From Octopus sinensis (taxonomy: Eukaryota): 64,000 bases of DNA. Both the position numbers and the translations under genes were made by a program. The notes below the pieces were generated by a model, which saw nothing but the letters and a program-made list of their open reading frames with translations, had not been told where the DNA came from and searched no databases. Location of the stretch: positions 186,434,001 through 186,498,000 of the forward strand of contig NC_042997.1 in assembly GCF_006345805.1 (NCBI RefSeq), read 5' to 3'. Shown here piece after piece: positions 53,212 to 64,000 of the stretch (position 1 is its first letter; the number at the start of each line of letters is the position of its first letter).

Positions 53212-53247
53212 CTTTCTGTCGAAGAGCTTAGGCTCGAAACGTGAAAG
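53212..53247 (+). ncRNA. Minimal hammerhead-like motif with non-canonical CTGTCGA core
   Basis: cttt-CTGTCGA-a-gagc-ttag-gctc-GAAAC-GT-g-aaag: stems I and II pair and stem III is ACGT. Confidence 0.5.
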
Positions 53248-53329
53248 ACTTTCTCACTTTCCGAGCGTTAAACTAATACATCTGTTTGTTGTTTACACAG
53301 CCGTTTTCGTCTTTTGCAATATAATTCTT

Positions 53330-53707
53330 TAAGGCGGTGCTCCAGCATGGCCACAGTCAAATGAATGAAACAAGTAAAAGATTTAAAAAAATAGAAGAGG
53401 CGCAGGAGTGGCTGTGTGGTAAGTAGCTTGCTTACGAACCACATGGTTCCGGGTTTAGTCCCACTGCGTGCCACCTTGGGAAAGTGTCTTCTACTTATAG
53501 CCTCGGGCTGAATAAAGCCTTGTGCGTAGATTTGGTAGACAGAAACTGAAAAGAAGCTCGTCGTATATATGTATATATGTATGTGTGTATATGTTTGCGT
53601 GTCTGTTTGTCCCTCCAACATCGCTTGAAACCAAGGCTGGTGTGTTGCAGGTGGTAAAAGTGACCAATAGAATAAGTATGTTTGTGTGTGTGTGTGTGTA
53701 TGTGGTG

Positions 53708-53738
<31 letters not shown>

Positions 53739-53945
53739 TGTGTGTGTGTGTGTTCTGTGTTTGTCCCCCTAACATCGCTTGACAACCGATCGTGGTGTGT
53801 TTACGTCCCCATCACATAGCGGTTCGGCAAGAGAGACCGATAGAACAAGTACTAGGCTTACAAAGAATAAGTCCTGGGGTCGATTTGCTCGACTAAAAGG
53901 CGGTGCTCTAGCATGGCCGCAGTCAAATGACTGAAACCAAATAAA
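53330..53945 (+). mobile_element. Cluster of SINE family A pieces (tail; 5' part; 3' half)
   Basis: Tail 53330-53385, head copy 53399-53650, 3' half 53755-53945. Confidence 0.8.
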
Positions 53946-54470
53946 AGGATATAAACATTGCACCAGGTTTTGAATATCTAAGTTCTAAAAACATCAACAT
54001 TACCACTACTCTAAAAACCCAGAACGACCTTGGGAACTAACACCACTAACACCAATCAGTAGAAAACATAACTAATGTTTCGCCATGGTCCCACACGATT
54101 TTGTTATATAAACCTTCACTTTTTTTAGTAACACCACCCCTAAGTGGGCGTTACATTCCAGGTTAACAACTACTGCTATAAACCATAATCCTACGCACCA
54201 GTTTCCATTTTAATTCACCCTCTCCACTATTAACTTGTTCTCTTCTCTTTTCCTCTTTCCTTACCTGACAGGACGAGCTGCAAAATATAAGTGCTGGTAA
54301 CAGGGTATAAATTTACGACTCTTCCTATTTGGTTTCTTAATCCTTTCATAATCCTTTCCTTAATCCTTTGCTAAAGCTCAGGTGTCCATTGTTTGAACCG
54401 GTTGTTTATCTTTGGCCTTATTATTTTCAGTGGTGTTGGTCGTGGTGGTTGTTGCTGTTGTTTGTTTGCT

Positions 54471-54528
<58 letters not shown>

Positions 54529-54900
54529 CGTTTAGCTCGCTGGTTAGCCCTGATCGGGCAGACCTATTATCAAAGGTTTTCCAGTCGTGACTATCTTGTC
54601 GATTTCTGTATCCGGCACATAGCCACTCCAACGCCTGCGCTTACAGATTGTAGAAAATATTTTTTCATTAAGCCACGCTTTATAGGATCGAACCTGAAAC
54701 TCCTTAGGTATGTAGTCCTGCCAGTGCTCACAAATTAGCGAACAATTCTGGTGTGAAATTGCTAAAAGAGGCCATTACCATTTTACTTATGAATCCATAT
54801 TGTAAGAAACAACAAGTACACGAAGTGGCCTAGCAGAACGGAAGGCGTTTGCCTCAGTAAAGGTGTGCTCAAAGCAAAGGTGGAAAAGGCTCAACGTACA

Positions 54901-55075
54901 TAGGCGTAGAAGTGGATGTGTGGTAAGTAGCTTGCTTACGAACCACTTGGTTCCGGGTTCATTCCCACTGCGTGGCACCTTGGGCAAGTGTCTTCTACTA
55001 TAACCTCGGGCCGACCAAAGCCCTGTGAGTGGATTTGGTAGACGGAAACTGAAAGAAGCCTGTCGTATATATGTG
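54901..55075 (+). mobile_element. SINE family A, 5' half
   Basis: Head through gaaagaagcctgtcgtatat, then abuts the R4-like fragment. Confidence 0.85.
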
Positions 55076-55084
55076 CGTGTGCGT

Positions 55085-55772
55085 GATATTGTGATTTATT
55101 GTTTCTTGTCCATCTCCACATATTCTGCAGTTACTTGTTATATTACTTGTTATATTTTTTTTCATTACCTGTTTTTGGTAATTTCTGGTGAGGAGGCTTT
55201 GGTCTTGTGCTGCAATTAAAAATCCCTCTGTCTCTGCTTTGAGTCCTGAGCTTCTCAACCATTGCTGGGATCTTTCTTTGTCTATTTCTTTTGCATTTAG
55301 TTTAGTCCAGTATTTACCATGAAGGGGCTTTTCTTGCCATCGTTTTATCATGGTTCTTTGCTGTTCTAGTTTTAGTTTGGATTTCATTTGTTTTATAGCT
55401 TTTGTTGTTTCTTCATCTTCTTCTTGTTCTTCATATTTGTTAGGTGGTATGATTTCTCGTTTGTATTTATCAGCTTCCTTAAATACTGAGAACAGTTTTT
55501 TGTTTTGCTCGTGTTTTGCCGCTATTTGTATCAGTTTTCCTTCCTTCTGAAGTAGATATTTTTGCAGTCCTATGGTGGTTATTTTATAGTAGTTTTCCAG
55601 CTGTATAAAGCCTCTACCACCTTCTATACGTTGTATATATAGTCTTTCTATGTCAGATTTTGGGTGATGCATCCTAGATCCTGTCATTATTATTCTTGTT
55701 TTCCTATCTATTTTGGTCAGTTCATTTAGTGTCTAGTTAAGGATATTGTAGCTGTAACATAACTGGGACAGC

Positions 55773-55780
<8 letters not shown>
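55085..55780 (-). mobile_element. R4/Dong-clade non-LTR retrotransposon fragment (post-RT region to zinc knuckle)
   Basis: NTLAVPV..(fs)..ELTKIDRKTR..MTGSRMHHPKSDIERLYIQRIEGGRGFIQLE...LHGKYW...WLRSSGLKAETEGFLIAAQDQSLLTRNYQ...CRICGDGQETINH. Confidence 0.9.
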
Positions 55781-55811
<31 letters not shown>

Positions 55812-55865
55812 GTTGTTGTTGTTGTTGTTGTTATTATTATTATTATTATTATTATTAATAATAAT

Positions 55866-56151
55866 AATATAAAAAGGATTGAGGTAACTCCTCCTGAAGA
55901 TATAGAGTCAAAATTAAAAGAAGAGTGCCATTGTTATCTAGTGAACGATATTTCGACATCTTGTATGTCTTTAACTGGTTCAAAAAATAATTTTGTCAAT
56001 CTTTTAATTTTGACTCTATGTCTTCAGGTGGAGTTACCTGAATCCTTTCTATATTAACCAAAATGAAGTAGATTGACAAAATTATTTTTAGAACCAGTTG
56101 AAAATACACAAGTTGTCGAAATATTGTTCACTAGACAACAATGGCACTCTT
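55866..56151. repeat. Interleaved inverted repeats A-B-A'-B'
   Basis: A 55866-55921 pairs with A' 56000-56055; B 55921-56002 pairs with B' 56070-56151. Confidence 0.85.
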
Positions 56152-56159
56152 TTATTTTG

Positions 56160-56191
<32 letters not shown>

Positions 56192-56192
56192 T

Positions 56193-56700
56193 GATTGGAA
56201 GTGTTATCATGTACATTGTTTTGTCTTGGTATAAAAGATGGGCTACAGCAAATATTCTGCTCAATACCACAGATTTGCTTGTCAGTTGTTTGATCTTAAC
56301 CAGTTGAGCATGTCCCTTAGTGGCTGACGATATGTGCATCTCTGATCACGAGCAGAAGTAGTGGGGGAGCATCATAGCCATGTGTTGAGAGGGATTCTGT
56401 GGGGTTTGAATAGTTCACCTCTGGAAACATGGGTGGTTCTTTCAACATCCTTAAACAACGCTTATTCAGGGACCGTTTGAGCGGGATGGGCTACTCAACC
56501 TGAAGAGAAAATTCTAACTGGGCCCCACCTGCAAGGTCATGTGCTGTTTATCTTGATATGAGATCACCATGTCGCGCACATATGGTTGTGATGCATGTGC
56601 CTGGTGTACCTTTATCAGACGGGTAGTCATGATGGGTATATTGGGCTTCGTATATTTTACCCCAGTGTCACTTTGATGGCATGAACTGCTCTCTCACTCA
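56193..56700. mobile_element. Interspersed repeat flanked on both sides by (AAT)n, longer copy
   Basis: Homologous to 30871-31215; ends ...ctctctcactc-aataataataa. Confidence 0.82.
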
Positions 56701-56822
56701 ATAATAATAAAATAATAATAATAAATAATAATGATAATAATAATTATTATTATTATTATATTTCATCATCATCATCATCATCATCATCATTATCATCACA
56801 TCATCATCATCATCATCACATC

Positions 56823-56864
<42 letters not shown>

Positions 56865-56865
56865 C

Positions 56866-56897
<32 letters not shown>

Positions 56898-56934
56898 ATT
56901 ATTATTATTATTATTATCATTATTATTATTATTA

Positions 56935-56968
<34 letters not shown>

Positions 56969-57487
56969 CATTATTATTATTATTTTTATTATTATTATTA
57001 TTATTGTTATTGTTATTTACCCCATTAATGACCCCCTTTTTCTGATGTTCATCGCAGATTAAAGGGATTTTATAAGAAGAATTAAATGAAAGGCGTAAAA
57101 GCATCCCACAACAACTAGAAACGGCAAGTGAGGAGGAGAAGGGGGAGGTTTAAAGGAGTTCACATGGCTGCACACTTCTTTCCTCTTTTCTTTCTTTCTC
57201 ACCACGTCATCAAAGGGGAGAGGTGACGCTGATGGTAGCGGGGTTGGAGTGGGGGCGGAGAGGAGCTTCCACTGACGCATTAGCGGGCCCCTAGTCGGGC
57301 AAGTGTAGGCAAACAAACAGACATGAATGTAAAGCAAAGGGACGATACTGGAGATACTGGTGGCGTGGGGGTGAGGGGTGGCGCGGACGTGATGGGGATA
57401 GGGTGGGGGTCAGCGACGGTGGCGCTGATGGTGGCGGCTGTGGTGACGCTAATGCTGATTAATATGGTATGTGCATGCATATATGCA

Positions 57488-57535
<48 letters not shown>

Positions 57536-57763
57536 ATAGACATATATGTATATATATATATATATGTATATATATAAATACATAAAGATACATATAGATA
57601 TATACATAAAGATATGTAGGTTATATATATATATATATGCACATATGTATATGTATATTGTATATATATAGATTATATATATACATATATATACATATGT
57701 ATGCATATATATATATATGGATATATATATGTATATGCATATATATACATACATGTATATATA

Positions 57764-57794
<31 letters not shown>

Positions 57795-57959
57795 ATATAT
57801 ATATACATAATATATATACATATGTATGCATATATATATATATATGGATATATTATGTATATGCATATATATACATACATGTATATATGTATATGTATAT
57901 CATACATATACATAAAATATACATACATACACGCATTTATGTATATTTATAAGTAGATA

Positions 57960-58022
<63 letters not shown>

Positions 58023-58469
58023 CAGAGAGATAGAGAGGGAGATCACCGTAGGAAACAACACTTGTTTAGTCAGAGAACAAACGACTGAACGGCAAGTTAT
58101 AAGCAACAAAGCATTCCTGAACATCACAAGAGATATGACTTTTCATTGGTCATTAAGCTGATATGCTGGGAATGTCGTAATTGAACAATATTGCAGAGAA
58201 ATGTTCCCGGATCTTCCTCACTTGTTAGGCCCGAGTTTCTTCGTATATTTTTTTTTAGTTTGCTTGCTTTTATTTTTTTTGTATCGTTATTGTTTTTGTT
58301 CTTGTTTTAGTTTTTCTTGTTGTTGTTGTTGTAGCTCCTGGTGGTGGTTTCAAATGCTGTTGTCGTTGCTGTTGTTATCTTCGTATCTTTGTTTATTTCT
58401 GTTGCACTACTTTTCTTTCTTGACGATCGGGATGACGACGATGATGATGATGATGATAATAATAATGGC

Positions 58470-58506
<37 letters not shown>

Positions 58507-58649
58507 TGGATGATGATGACGACGATGATGATGACGACGACAACGATGATCACACTGACGATAGCGAGGATACGACGACAATGATGATGATGATGACAAT
58601 AATGAACAATGGTGTTAATAGTAGCTATTATGGTGGTGATCAAGATGTT

Positions 58650-59063
58650 TATTATTTCTTTATTGCCCACAAGGGGTTAAGCATAGAGAGGATAAACAAG
58701 GACAGAGAAAGGAATTGAGTCGATTATATAGACCCCAGTGCGTAACTGGTACTTAATTTATCGACACCGGAAGGATGAAAGGCAAAGTCGACCTCGACGG
58801 AACTTGAACTCAGGACGCAACGGCAGACGAAATACCTATTTCTTTACAACCCATAAGGGGCTAAACACAGAGGGGACAAACAAGGACATACAAACGGATT
58901 AAGTCGATTATATCGACCCCATTGCGGACTGGTACTTATATTTAATCGACCCCGAAAGGATGAAAGGCAAAGTCGACCTCGGCGGAATTTGAACTCAGAC
59001 GACAGCGAAAGGCCATGCCACAAAATATCGCAAGCGGTTTCGCCCGACGTGCTAACGTTTCTG
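58650..59063 (-). mobile_element. SINE family B dimer
   Basis: Junction AAAGAAATA-GGTATTTCGTC near 58836. Confidence 0.85.
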
Positions 59064-59524
59064 CCAGCTCGATGTTTATGTTACCATGCAGTGCCATGGG
59101 ATGTCATATCTGCAAAAACGGGCAACAATATGGAACACTGAAGCAAATTCTTCAAATTGTACCCTTTCTATGTTTATATGTATGTATATATGTATGTGTG
59201 TAAGTTCTCTTCTCTTTTACTTATTTGATTTCTTACTCTGTGAAAGGGACTAGTTCCCAACAAAAGTTAAAAGTCCCTTCGTTGAATATAGATAACAAAG
59301 CAGATTCACATTTTGAACTTGAGATAAGCTTTACATATTTTTATTGTTCCACTTATAGGTTATATTTATAACATTAACTGGTTGATTTCTTTTTCTGGAA
59401 ACACTATATCATTCAGATTGTCACTTCGTCATTTATTCGCAAAAACCAAGTGCACCAGTTATCACATCTATAAATGTGAATTATTATCTAGCTTTAAAAT
59501 ATAGAAGTTTCGAAGGAGTTGTCC

Positions 59525-59636
<112 letters not shown>

Positions 59637-59639
59637 TTT

Positions 59640-60880
59640 TGGAATGATATTCGCATCAACAGGATATATATCTTATATAATGGTACATACTTCTTGTCTG
59701 TCCCAAACAACAATATCCCATCTCTTACGTTTACATTAGACAGAAGTTTTGATAGGTATACCCGTGGAGGCACATGGCCTAGTGGTTAGAGCAGCGGACT
59801 CGCGGTCGAGGGATCGGGGGTTCGAATCTCATACCGGGCGATGTATGTGTTTATGAGCGAAACACCTAAGCCACGCGGCTCCGGCAGAAGGTTATGGCGA
59901 ACTTCTGCTGACTCTTTTGTCATAACTTTCTCTCACTCTTTCCTTCTGCATCATGCAGCTCACCTGCAACGGACCGGCGTCCCGTCCAGGTGGGGAACCT
60001 ATACGCCAAGGAAACCGAGAAACTGGCCCTTATGAGCCAAGCATGACTCGAGAAGGAACATAGGTATGCCCACCAAAATTCCTTCTGTTGATGTTTAAGC
60101 ATTTATTCAATAGCGAAAGATTCTCTAAATTTATTGCAGGAAAGTCTTTTTTCCGAGTGACTTTGTATACAACTTTAGTGACAACTTTGTGGCGCAAAGG
60201 GCTGTAGTACCTTGATGATATTTGGAGAGGACTAATAATATGTGACGTTTTCCGCAGAAATATGACATAATCTATATTTCCTGTTGCATCTTCGGCTTCC
60301 AAGGACTTCTTTGTCTCTTTTGTTCACAAGGTATTAAATAGCAATCCCCGCTTCTTGGATATCAAATGAGTAGCCTTCGAAGTGTGATGGGATGTAACGG
60401 TCACGAGCCCAAGAGAAACGTCGATGTTACCATCTTCGTATTGATACCACTGTCTTCTTGAAGTCTTCACAAAGCATACCCATGCATAGTCTTTTTTGGT
60501 ATGCTAGACGTTTCACATCCAGGCCTTCTTTGAGGCGTGTCACTCCGGCTGTTTTGTTTCCTGAAGAGCTCACCACCGATACGCAGGATATTGTTCTTTT
60601 CGCTGCTGTTGTTTAGCAGGGACTGACAGACACTATACGACATTTGAAGGCTGTCTGCACTGATCACAATCTTCTAATTCCTTCATCCCTTCTTAGGTGT
60701 ACTCTGTCGATATCACTGTTTCTGTAGACGGTTCCAGTTGATGTCAGCATTTTGCGGGTTTTAATGTCTATGAAGTGGATTTCTTCTACAAACCAGTCAA
60801 ATATGCCAAATGTTGGAATCAGCACTGGTACTGCAAATGCACTGGGGGTTCCGGTTACCATATTTTCCTAAGTTTGGAAT
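59640..60880 (-). mobile_element. Old R4/Dong-clade fragment (RT C-terminus to RLE domain), interrupted by SINE C
   Basis: AFAVPVLIPTFGIFDW..EEIHFIDIKTRKMLT...NSDIDRVHLRRDEG; HFEGY..IQE; HIIS; EFWW.(insertion).PIKTS; DIVVWDRQEVCTII. Confidence 0.8.
59764..60059 (+). mobile_element. SINE family C with a 12-bp target-site duplication
   Basis: TSD ataggtataccc (59752-59763) / ataggtatgccc (60060-60071). Confidence 0.92.
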
Positions 60881-61429
60881 AAAATTCTCGAGTCATATCT
60901 TTATTCACAGCACCTTCGTATATGTTTTCATAAATTCGTAGGTATTTGTAGCATTCTTTGTGTAGAACAGAAGAGATAGTGAGGCCGCTGATTCATAAGC
61001 TCTGAGTCAGTGGTGGGAGCGATTTTGTATGCATGCATGCATGTATGTATGTATGTATGTATGTATGTATGTATGTATGTATGTATGATGTATGTATGTA
61101 TGTATGTAGTGCTTGAATAAATGTATGTGTGTATGTATGCATGTATGCATGTATTATATATATATATATATGTGAACATGTGTATGTCTGTGTGACACAA
61201 GGAGAATATGAAGGTGGCAAGCAAAAAAGGCCCAGAGGTGAGCTGGGATGATGGAGGAAGTAGCAATAGTGTTGCTATCTTGAGCATCTGCAATTCCTCC
61301 AGAGGTGGTAACAGCTGTGTATTAGTGCCGTTTTGGCTGGGATACAAAAGAGGGCGGTAGGGGGTGCTGGAGGCTGGAACAAAGTATTAACGGAGATTAT
61401 CTTATAATAATTTAACAAGAGACATTCCT

Positions 61430-62245
61430 CACTAACTCTCTCTCCTTCTCTCCTCTCTCTCTCCCTCTCTCTCTCTCCTTGTTTCTCCTTTCTTTAATCT
61501 TCTTCTCTCCTTCTCTCACACATCCTTCTCTCTCCTTGTCTCTCCCTCCCCCTTTCCCTCTTCCCATCTCTACCCTCCCATCTCTCCTTTCCACTTTCTC
61601 CTCTTCTTTTCCCTCTCAACCATTATTTCCCCCCATTCTCTTTTTCTCTTCTCTCTCACCTCCCTCTCCTCTACCCTCTCGCTCCCCTTCTCCTTCTCTC
61701 CCTCTTTCTTTATCTCAATACTCTCTCCCCCTCTCTCTCTCTCTCTCGCATTCTCTCCATCTCTCCTTACTCTTTAATCTCAAAACTCTCTCTTTACCTC
61801 TCTTACCCTCTTCCCTCTCTCCTCTCTTTCTCTCTTATTCTCTTCATTCTAATTCATTCTCTCTCTCCACTCCTTACTCTTCAATCTCAATGCTCTCCCC
61901 CTCTCCCCCTCTCTATCCCCACTCTCTCTCACGCATTCTCTCCATCTCTTCTTACTCTTTAATCTCAAAACTCTCTCTTACTCTCTTCCCTCTCTCCTCT
62001 CTTTCTCTCCTTATTCTCTTCATTCTAATCATTCTCTCTCTCCACTCCTTACTCTTCAATCTCAATGCTCTCCCCCCTCTCCCCCCCTCCCCCCTCTCCC
62101 CCTCCTCTCCCCCCTTCTTCCACTCCTTACTCTTCAATCTCAATGCTCTCCCCCTCTCTCCCTCTCTCTCTGTCCACTCCTTACTCTTCAATCTCAATGC
62201 TCTCCTCCTCTCTCTCCCCCCTCTCTCCCTCCTCTCTCTCTCTCA
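61430..62245. repeat. Polypyrimidine tract with internal ~185-bp and ~32-bp duplications
   Basis: cgcattctctccatctct at 61747 and 61932; ccactccttactcttcaatctcaatgctctcc at 61867, 62042, 62120 and 62174. Confidence 0.85.
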
Positions 62246-62969
62246 ACATTACAGAAATATCTTATCTATTAATAACAGAAATATTTATTAAAATTGTTTC
62301 GATTAGACTGTGTTTATTTATCTGTTGTTTAACTTAACTTTATTTAAAATCTATTTTTTTTAAATAAATTTTCTTTCAGTGTTGTTTGCCATTTAAAAAA
62401 TATATATTTCATATTTTATTTGTTCTCATTTCATTTTATTATATATTTTTTTATATTTTAGTTATCATAATTTTTATTTTGTTTTAGTTAACATTTTTTT
62501 ATATTTATTAATTTTATTTTATTATATTTTTATTTTTAATTATTGATTTTTATATTTGAAATGTATTTGTATTTTCATATTGTAAACATTATTCTTTGTA
62601 TTTCTTTTGAATTTCAGCTCCACAGATAACAACAACAACAACAATAATAATAATGATAATAATAATAATAATAATAATAACAACAACAACAACAATAATA
62701 ATACTAATACTAATAGTAATAATAAATTATGTTTATGAAAGCAATGACGATGAAGGGCTATGATTATCACACTATGATGACGTGTCGCTACGCCGGTGGT
62801 GGTGGTGGTGGTGGCGGCAGCGGCGGCAGCGATAGCGGCGGCAGCGACAGCGGCGGCAGCGACAGCGATAGCGGCAGCGGCGGAGAAAGCGACAGCGGCG
62901 GCAGCGGCGGCGGCAGCGACAGCGGGGTTAGCGGCAGCGACAGCGGCGGCAGTGGAGGCACCCCGCGGT

Positions 62970-63074
62970 GACAGCGGCAGCAGTGGCGGCGACAGCGGCA
63001 GCAGTGGCGGCGACAGCGGCAGCAGTGGCGGCGACAGCGGCAGCAGTGGCGGCGACAGCGGCAGCAGTGGCGGC
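62970..63074. repeat. Five perfect 21-bp units (gacagcggcagcagtggcggc) within a GGC/AGC/GAT low-complexity block (62790-63430)
   Basis: Units start at 62970, 62991, 63012, 63033 and 63054. Confidence 0.92.
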
Positions 63075-63300
63075 AGCAGTGGCGGCGGCAGAGGTGGGGG
63101 AAGTAGCGGTCGCAGTTGCGGCGGCGACAGCGGTGGTGGTGATAATGGTGGTGTGGTGCTGGTGACGGAGGAGGCAGTGGTGGTGACGATACCGGTGACG
63201 GGGGTGATCGTGATGACGGTAGTGGTGGTTTGGGTGGCGGCGGTGTTCGTGCTGGTCATCGTGATGTTGAAGATGATGATGATGATGATGATGATGACTG

Positions 63301-63338
<38 letters not shown>

Positions 63339-63372
63339 GTGATGATGATGATGATGATGATGATGATGACTG

Positions 63373-63419
<47 letters not shown>

Positions 63420-64000
63420 GTGATGGTGATGTCGTTGTCATCATGGTGGCGTCCGTGGTGGTGGCGATGGCTGAAGGCGTGGCAAAATTATTTAGGCATT
63501 ATTCCTCCTGTGTCGTTCTGAGTTCGAATCTTGTTGGGGTCAGCTGCGCCTTTTGTTCCTATGGGGGAGTCGCTAGAAGCTGCAACAGCAGCAGCCACTT
63601 GGTGTTAATGTGTCTGTCCCTGCAAAACCCCAGGGCCTTGTGCCAATTTTAGAAATAATTAGCGTTATTAAGAGTAATAGTGTGACAATGAATAGTTCGC
63701 AGAATCACTAGCGAAACAGGCAACATGTCTGCGATATTTATTTGTGCTTCTATATTTCGACTTCAGATCTCACCGAGATCTGCACACGCTGTCGGCTTCA
63801 CCTGAGCTCTGGCCCGCGGCTTCCAAACACGCCAGGATCAATGAAATGAAATTCCAGCCAATTACTGGAGTCAAAAACTCCGCATACCGGAAGCCAGCAA
63901 GTGTATGGGGTTATCAGGAGAGAATGCGCACCGTTTCGGGGCCTACCCCTCGACGGCATCAAAGCGCACCAGCCCCCCCCCCTCCTCACTGATATGAGGC

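Noticed and set aside
55890-56130. Hammerhead reading of the reconstructed A+B' unit (cctgaaga...tcgaaat)
   Set aside because: Stem II would overlap core G8-A9 and no stem I pairing exists.

Overview
AT-rich, repeat-saturated metazoan genomic DNA. The SINE, mariner, Penelope and R4/Dong repeat landscape plus huge (TA)n/(TG)n/(TATG)n/(TAGA)n/(AAT)n tracts suggest an octopus/coleoid cephalopod genome (inference from recalled repeat families, not searched). A 100-N scaffold gap lies at 19415-19514. I can support no intact host protein-coding gene, tRNA, rRNA or CRISPR array. Nearly all listed ORFs are microsatellite artefacts, so the window is probably a large intron or gene desert. Supported content: six tRNA-headed SINE families (my labels A-F) that visibly share modules; two decayed mariner elements plus a mariner MITE and a Tigger-like MITE; a decayed Penelope-like GIY-YIG retroelement; three R4/Dong-like non-LTR fragments; several fold-back elements; and a ~49-bp minisatellite. 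The most interesting signal is a set of Penelope-type hammerhead ribozyme motifs. One has a fully canonical core (11403-11514), one ends the Penelope element, one is fused to a perfect 34-bp palindrome, and one repeat family has a non-canonical CUGUCGA core. A speculative minus-strand exon pair (54265-54277, 50554-50753) is the only host-gene candidate.
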